Shown here in pieces: positions 57,163 to 64,000 of a DNA stretch of 64,000 bases. How positions within the stretch are numbered: the stretch's first letter is position 1; each line of letters opens with the position of its first letter. The position numbers were made by a program, and so were the translations under genes. The DNA is from Rhodosorus marinus CCMP1338. Its lineage: Eukaryota; Plantae; Rhodophyta. The notes below the pieces were generated by a model. That model saw only the letters and a program-made list of their open reading frames with translations, did not search any database and was not told the DNA's origin. The stretch is from assembly GCA_029953675.1 (NCBI GenBank), contig JAMWBK010000011.1, forward strand, positions 992,001-1,056,000, read 5' to 3'.

Positions 57163-59472
57163 CTAAGTGCGGCGAAGAACTCGCGCCTCCAACATCAAAG
57201 CGGCATTCATGTGCCACAGCAGGAAACTTAAGCGGGTAAACAACGATTGAAGACGGTCAGGGCGTTCGCGGAACAGCTCCCGAAGCCAGCGAGAACCAAC
57301 AGAGTCCATGAACCCAAAGCACTCAATGATCAGGGGTACCAAGCGATGTGCTAGTGCCGAAGCACGAACACCAGGGGAAGACAAAGCCCCCGCGTATTTG
57401 ATCTCTTTGTGGCGTCTCATACTGGCGGCGGCAGATCCACGGCGTTCCCCCGCAGCCGGGAGATACCGACTAGCTTGAGGATTAGGAACAGCAAGATCAA
57501 CGTATGTGGTACGGCGGCTGTCGTCACAGGTGATCACCAGGTCGGCTACACGGTGTTCATCATTTTGAAAGTCCGCGACGGGTAAAGGTTTTTCACGTTC
57601 GCTTTCCAGACCGGCTTGCCGGACTATAGGCCGAAGTTCCCGGTATAACAGGTTCAAGATCCGTGTATGGCGGCGGGTTCGAGCACCTTTCACCGCCGGG
57701 CAACTAGCGAGCAGGTGGGCGCCAAAATCTGCGTTGTCTTCAGTCTGAGAGCAGAGAGGGCACGACGAACCCATCTCGTACGGCCAGGGGGGCTGATGTA
57801 AGCCGAGGTATAAGCGCAGTGAAGTACGCACTTCGAAATCCGACAGTGTGAGTGGCGGAAGGGCTGGTACGGTCATGAGCCACTGAGAGCTAATGACCCC
57901 TCCAAGACTACGTAGGCGGGCGCGAGCGCGAGAAGATGAGACCATCTGCGCGAGGAGTCGGCCATATGCAGCACGGTGCAAGTCCCAAGAAATGATATTT
58001 TGCATCGCATCCGTGCGTGCTTGAGCTCGGCTCCCAGCGCGCTGGGAATTATCAGGAGGATCAACTGGAACTTCTTCTTCTGCGGCAACCACTGGGTCAA
58101 TCTCCACTAGAACAGGTTCAGGCGCAGGACGAATCCCCGAGGCGGAGCCTCGAGAGCGGTCAAATACAGCTCGCCAGTCAGGAAGACGGGGTTGAACGGT
58201 TTCGGGGAGACTAGTACAGGAATTCAGGGCGGCTTGGAGCTCCAGAAACAAGTCTTGGGCGCTTTCCGGTACGCTGGGAAGCAAGACACCCCGCGAGAGG
58301 CTCGCCATCAAATTGCGGAACTTCGAGATACCCAAACTGCTCAAAGTGGGAAGTGCGGTTCCCCAGGCCCCTACTGCGGCTGCAGGTTGGACCACAACAC
58401 GGTTGCAGAGGCCCAGTCCCCCCAATCGCAATGGGAGGCCTACCTGGGCGCGCACAACATCACAGGTGGGTCGCGACAGAGCGCGCAGCTCCTCATCGAG
58501 AAAATACCCAAGGTCACGGAAACTTTCAGCATCCGCACGAGTGGCCAACCACCGGCCCCAATGAGTTGGAAGTGAGCGGAGCCAATAGGTTAACCGCTCA
58601 CTGCAACAATACCGAAACAACAACGACGAGCACTGGAGGAAGCCCGGAGGTAGCCGTCGAAGCTCTGCAACCAGCTGTCTGTGCTTACCGAGGAGCTGCA
58701 GCAACTCGCCTTCAACGAAGGACGGCGACCCGTAGGGGATGCCTAAGTGGAAAAAACCATCCGGTCTCCAAATATCCTGGAACGACGCAGGTACCTGCTG
58801 CTCTTGTGCAGCTACACCTCCCCAGTAGAACGATTTGTGATGATTAACCTCCAAGTCAACCCGCGAAGCCAAGGAGCGTAGACGATCATAAGCGAGCGCT
58901 AGAGTATCGGGGGGCCCCAAGAGGCACACATCGTCGTGGTATGCAACCGTACGAACCTGCGGGAATTCGGAGCGAAGACAAAGCAAGACGAGTTGTGGTC
59001 CACAGGCATGTAGGAAAGGAGACAAGGGATCACCCTGTTGTACCCCTGTTCGCGCCGCAAACGTGTGTGAGGAAGCGCCAAGGGTGTCATAGGTAGCCCC
59101 ACGACCAAGCGGAGAATAAAGACTACTAACAAAAGGAAAGCCTACAGGGAAGACTTCGCGCACCACGTGCATGAGAGCCGGACGAGAGACGCGGTTGAAC
59201 GCATTGGTAAAATCTACAGAGAGGAGCCCAGAATCTGGAGAGTACGCCATTTCCGAACGGAGTAAAACAGACAACAACTCACAGCCACCACGATAGCCCA
59301 CGCCTAACTGCACGTGCCCAAAGAAACGGCGGGATTCGGGAACCAGGATTTTCACTAACCACCGCGGCGCCAATTTGCGGACCACCTCAACCAGGCCAAT
59401 AGGGCGAATAGCAGGGCTCGAGGCCGTGTGACCGGGCTTCGAAAGCAGACACAACTGCGAACGCCCGACCAA
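57163..59472 (-). pseudogene. Element B ORF2, 3' part (RT core, CCHC, RLE)
   Basis: IRPIG, QLGVG, VDFTNAFNRV, GVQQGDPLSP, AYHDD, RLGGLG, CPLC..HLLASC, RTRRH, VADL..YVDLAV, LVPLIIECFG. Separated from its 5' part by the nested copy. Confidence 0.9.
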
Positions 59473-60179
59473 GAACGAATGAATGAATGGTTTAATTGGA
59501 GGCTGAAAAAAAAAAACCCCGAGGGGAAAAAAAGACTAAGCGCGGCGAAGTACTCGCGCCTCCAACATCAAAGCGGCATTCATGCGCCACAGCAGGAAAC
59601 TTAAGCGGGTAAACAACGATTGAAGACGGTCAGGGCGTTCGCGGAACAACTCCCGAAGCCAGCGAGAACCAACAGAGTCCATGAACCCAAAGCACTCAAT
59701 GATCAGGGGTACCAAGCGATGTGCTAGTGCCGAAGCACGAACACCAGGGGAAGACAAAGCCCCCGCGTATTTGATCTCTTTGCGGCGTCTCATGCTGGCG
59801 GCGGCAGATCCACGGCGCTCCCCCGCAGCCGGGAGATAACGACTAGCTTGAGGGTTAGGAACAGCAAGATCAACGTATGTGGTACGGCGGCTGTCGTCAC
59901 AGGTGATCACCAGGTCGGCTACACGGCGTTCATCATTTTGAAAGTCCGCGACGGGTAAAGGTTTCTCACGTTCGATTTCCAGACCGGCTTGCCGGACTAT
60001 ATGCCGAAGTTCCCGGTATAACAGGTTCAAGATCCGTGTGTGGCGGCGGGTTCGAGCACCTTTCACCGCCGGGCAACTAGCGAGCAGGTGGGCGCCAAAA
60101 TCTGCGTTGTCTTCAGTCTGAGAGCAGAGAGGGCACGACGAACCCATCTCGTACGGCCAAGGGGGCTGATGTAAGCCGG
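59473..60179 (-). mobile_element. 5'-truncated family B copy nested in element B ORF2
   Basis: Duplicates ~57110-57807 almost exactly and ends CCATTCATTCATTCGTTC. Its removal rejoins ...ECAWF to LVGRSQ... in frame. Confidence 0.92.
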
Positions 60180-61013
60180 GAACCACGCACACTCACACAG
60201 GGGATCACCATTCACAAGCGCTTCGACCACCGACGCCAACGCCTTCAAACCTTCATCACTTAAGAAACGGAGATATTCCACCCGCAGCCCCGAGGGCCCT
60301 GGAGAACGGCCCTTCGGAGCATCATGAACCAACTCACGTACCGCCTCCAGATTGACCACTAACCGCGCATTGGGATGTGGCGCGGCGCGGTACTCTTCCA
60401 ACACTGATTCAAACGAGGAGTCCCAAGGGGAGCCTTCCGAGGGAAAGAGCAAACGGAGCGGTGAAGAAAGATCATCGGAGTATGGAACCACAGGTTGCCG
60501 CTGCTGGAGGATCCCGGCTGCCCGCCGCAGATCACCGCCTGCCACCGCGTGACGCGCCCGATTCTGTCGAGAAGACCTGAAAGCTGAGGGAGCACTAGGA
60601 GAAAAGGAAGAGAGAGAAGCGAAATAAAGACGTTCGAGGTCCTCAAAGTCGCCGGAAAGGAACATTTGCAGTTTTCGGCGAGGGTGGACCCGGCGAGGAT
60701 GTGGGTTGAGGGTGACGGTAGAGGAGGTGAGCACGAGGCGGGGAAAAAAGAACAAGAGTTCCCATAGAAGAGAGCAGTGAGGGTTCGCGGCGACCTGCTG
60801 CCAGAGAAAATCCAACACCAATCCTAGGGGCTTATGAAGTCGACGAGGGAGCCGTACGGCCGTGCTCCCACGACAAAGGGGAAGGGAACCGTCCGGGTAG
60901 GAGGCGACAAGGTGCGAAAACCACGAGAGAACACGCTCATGCCAGGCTGCGCGGTCACTGGTAAACAGGGGTAACCGGGACGACACGCACGCGGAGGAGG
61001 AAGGCTCAGACAT
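60180..61013 (-). pseudogene. Element B ORF2, 5' part (from ATG 61013)
   Basis: FPRLVL..FLSGDFEDL..GDLRRAA..SPGPSGLR aligns with element A MPRLIL..FLKGDFEVL..GDLSRAA..CPGPSGLR. The ATG overlaps the ORF1 stop at 61006. Confidence 0.85.
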
Positions 61014-62303
61014 CGGGCCTCCCCTCAGTCGGGAAGGCAGATCGAATATCCGGAGGAGGTGCCTCGGAGGGAGGCTCAGGAGCCGCACGACGCTTACGTG
61101 GGGGGCGCACAAAGGAACTAAAAGACCTGAAGAAAGTAGACACAGGGTTTTCAGCTGCGGAGTCTTGACTGAGGGTGTCCAGAGCCAGCGGATTCGGAGA
61201 GGCCGATGGTGCTTCTGCCATGTCGGTGTCACGAGCCTCGGAGACAGGGCGAGGGGAGGAAGGGTGCTCAAGAGTCGGCGGCAGAAGGTCAAACGCCGGG
61301 TGGGCTTCCAGCAGGGTGGCCTCGGTGGAGAGGAAGGCCTCTAGCGCGGTGCGGAGGACCCCGCGAGGAGGAAAACGCGCGAAGAGGCTCGCCTGTATGC
61401 GCGAGAGCCGCGCCGCATGAGTGTGTAGCGCGACAACCGAAGCCTGCGAGGCATCCAGGTTTTGCAAGGCCGACGGAGGAACCCAGCCGGCGTCAAAACG
61501 ATCGAACTCGACAAACAAAGAGACATGGGGACGAGTCAGTATCATGTTGGCCAGAGCAGAGCGCTGGGGCGCGGGGGTGGTTACAAGGGATTGAAGGAAG
61601 TGGTAAGCCGAGTCAGTAACAAGAAAACAGTATGAGGGCCCGTGAAGTCCACATATAGGAATTCAGACGGGGCGACCCCAAGGGAGGAAGCCATGGTGTG
61701 GCGAAAATCGCGGTAGTGGACGGGCGCGCGGCCCCGACCACGAGAGGGGGTCTGGGGACGCACGTTCGTCATCCAAACAAAGTGGAACGGAGATAGTTGG
61801 CGAGAAGAGTCAATAGGGGTGTGTTTTGGCATCATACGCACCATTGCCGTCGTGCGTTGTTCAGAAGAGCCCCTGCGGAGGACCTGCGAATAGGAAGCAC
61901 GTGGGGCACTGGAGGGAGCAGGATTCGGGCCCGACGCGGGCCCAGGAGGCGTCTGTCCTTCGATAGGGGTAGGCCAGTCGGAATCAGGAATGACCGGAGC
62001 GGAGCGCTCGGGTCGGTTGAAGGCAGGCCCCGCTGTGCCGTGCGGATCCGCGGGGACGTCCACCGGGGGGTATGGGGCAGGCGCGGAGGCGGAGAAGCGC
62101 TCCAAATAGGCGATCAGCAGGGGCAGGCGGTGTTCCTGGGAAGCAGTCACAAGAAGACTCGTCAGTTTCGAGCAGATCCCATGGGCCAACTCGTCAGCGC
62201 AGTCCGTGAGGGTGGCCGCGGTACTAAACCCGCCCACGCTGAGCTCCACGCGCGCTGAGAGAACGGCTCCGTCCACCGGAATAGGTGGGGAAACCCCAAC
62301 CAT
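61006..62303 (-). pseudogene. Element B ORF1 (uncharacterised, possibly RRM-like), split by a 1-nt frameshift near 61625
   Basis: MVGVSP..RVELSVGGFS..ASYSQVLRRG..FVWMTNVRPQT..RDFRHTMASSLG, then in the next frame FLVTDSAYHFLQSL..FVEFDRF. Collinear with element A ORF1. Confidence 0.75.
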
Positions 62304-63414
62304 AACGATAGGAAGGTGTGAAAAACCGATTCCCCCACAATATCGTCAATGCGCCTTTTCGCGGCCAAAATGTGCGGTTCGCTTGTACTCAACGTTGTTA
62401 GACTGGTGAGTACCAAAAAGGGCAAGTTGCGCTTGATCTCGTGGGTTCAGTAATTTATTTTTCCCTCGTGACTTGTTTTCACGTGACTATAGAGACACCC
62501 GCAAATAGTTTTGTTTATGTATGGAGAGAGGATGTATTCGGACTCTCGAAGAGGTTACTCGGCCTGAAGGGAAAAGGAGGTTTTATTGACTTTTTGCAAC
62601 ATCCTTTCAAATCTGGAGTTCTCGGTATTTTGTGGATTTGATCGATTGTATGACACAGCATGTCAAGCTTGTTTTCTCTCGTCGTTTCATTCGGACCTCA
62701 TCCGAGTCTCCGCAAGGAAACACATCCGGAGCTTAAAAAGGACCCCCTTGACGTCGCTTACAATTGTTGGCCGCAACGCAATGTATTTTCGACGCTCTAA
62801 AACCCTCAACAACAGCATCAGACCGTGCAGCACCGTCTCCGAGTTTCCCGCCAAATTCAGCACTAGCAGTACACGTGCGCTGTGTACTTCAGTCTGTCCG
62901 AAATCCTGCAAACACACAAAAAAAAATACAGTCCCTCAAAACACGTCCTTGGGAACTCGATGGACCAGAGTTTCGGGTAGAAAGCCTACTTTGCTCTAGA
63001 TGCTTACCAAATCAGCGTCATGCGAATCATGTGTATAGTAACGAGAATACGGCAGTCACCTTTTGCGTGCTAGTAGTGGAGGTTTTCCTCGTTTTCCCCC
63101 CTAACCTCAATTGTAGACAGCCCCCGGCTCTCTCTCTAACACGCCAACTCTTCAAGAAAATGTAAGAACGACTCTCGATACGCGGCAGGAGTGGAATTTT
63201 TCATCTTCTAGTTGATCGGGCTTGGCTAGAGCAAGCAGATTTTATTCGAGGCTCCATGCTAATAAGGGCCTGTATAAAACACCCCATTTCCTATTTTGCC
63301 GTCCTTTTGGGGAGGATTCCACTAGAACCACACCACCATCACCTTCTCCCAGTTACTGAATCGATTGCTCTTCCTGCTCACAGCTGACCATGAATCTCGC
63401 GACCCTAGGGTTCT

Positions 63415-64000
63415 CTAACTCAGCTCTGGATCAGTGAGCGCCCCGCTAAACTGCAGCAACGTGCAAAAGTCAACGAGACATTCGCTGTTTCCTACGTTGT
63501 ATAAGAGCACCTCGTTCGTGATTCCGGCGGCGTCAAAGACCATTTCCTTGTAGCCCCAGTCCCCATAGGGAATCGGAGTAACTGGCCCGAAGGAGTTCTT
63601 GCATAACCTGTTGTTCTGGTAGAGGATCTCCATGGTCAGCGGTCCCGATCCGCGGACATAGCACCGCATTCTGTACCGCTCGTCTCTGCTCAGCCACACA
63701 GTCTGACGAGCGACAGTCTCCGCGGGATAGAGGTACATAGCTCGCACGTTGCGCAGTGGCTGGACTGCGGAAAACTCAAGAGAACCGCTCACAGTCCATC
63801 GAAAATTCCTTTGGGGCTCAAAACTCGGGTTCTTCAGCTCCTGACCGGGCTCTAAAAGTACCGCTGGAGGATCCCATGTCGGGAAATCTGTTGCTAGGTT
63901 GTAAGCTCCCGAACCGACGTAAGGAGGGACCCCGTCAGTAGCGAGATAGAGTGAGCAGTCATCTACCCAGACGCCACCGCTCTGAGCTGCGGGATCACCG
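63415..64000 (-). CDS. Gene 5 (partial, 5' end outside window): C-terminal modules of another GH86-like paralogue
   Basis: Frame is open from 63999: GDPAAQSGGVWVDDCSLY..ELKNPSFEPQRNFRWTVSG..VDFCTLLQFSGALTDPELS*. Near-identical to the ends of genes 3 and 4, with the same 3' flank. Confidence 0.85.
   Translation of the reverse strand, partial: GDPAAQSGGVWVDDCSLYLATDGVPPYVGSGAYNLATDFPTWDPPAVLLEPGQELKNPSFEPQRNFRWTVSGSLEFSAVQPLRNVRAMYLYPAETVARQTVWLSRDERYRMRCYVRGSGPLTMEILYQNNRLCKNSFGPVTPIPYGDWGYKEMVFDAAGITNEVLLYNVGNSECLVDFCTLLQFSGALTDPELS

Larger units (their letters stand above)
57109..62337 (-). mobile_element. Element B: full-length CRE-like retrotransposon with 10-bp TSD and a nested self-insertion
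   Basis: CAATATCGTC at 57099-57108 and 62338-62347. Paralogous empty sites near 38888 and 22925. 3' tail TAAACCATTCGTTC. ORF1 and RT-RLE ORF2 present. Confidence 0.92.
22850..63414. repeat. Tandem segmental duplication of hydrolase gene plus spacer (unit periods ~15.6 kb and ~23 kb)
   Basis: Gene stops at 24828, 40465 and 63415. 3' flanks 23900-24827, 39600-40464 and 62580-63414 are homologous. 5' spacers 30570-38900 and 45325-57100 are collinear apart from insertions. 22850-23500 is an older copy of 38820-39560. Confidence 0.9.

Noticed and set aside
12081-62347. AATAT as a strict family B target site
   Set aside because: Present in two TSDs but in opposite orientation relative to the element, and absent from the 31564, 49710 and 59473 sites. 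TSD lengths also vary (15, 10, 9, about 0-4).
1-64000. tRNA, rRNA, snRNA or spliced-leader RNA genes (known targets of CRE and SLACS elements)
   Set aside because: No cloverleaf or conserved RNA signature recognised by eye; a covariance-model scan would be needed to exclude them.

Overview
This looks like eukaryotic DNA: genes are sparse, ORFs are 4.8-5.8 kb and intronless with signal peptides, there are no operons, and non-LTR retrotransposons are abundant. The host is unknown; an intron-poor alga or protist is plausible but cannot be proven here. The window is a head-to-tail array, all on the minus strand, of at least five large secreted glycoside hydrolase genes (four complete, one running off the right edge). 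Each has a GH86 beta-porphyranase/agarase-like catalytic domain with both clan GH-A glutamates intact, followed by 3-4 pairs of alternating Cys-containing CBM4/9-like modules. The array shows segmental duplication, module gain or loss, a probable gene-conversion tract, and a pseudogenised paralogue with a (PEPT)n linker and a third module type. The spacers hold two related families of CRE-like RT + restriction-like-endonuclease retrotransposons. Each family has one near-full-length two-ORF copy with an uncharacterised, possibly RRM-like ORF1 and a YHDD RT motif, plus many 5'-truncated copies, one nested in its own family. No copy lies inside an intact hydrolase ORF. Family assignments come from remembered motifs, not database searches.
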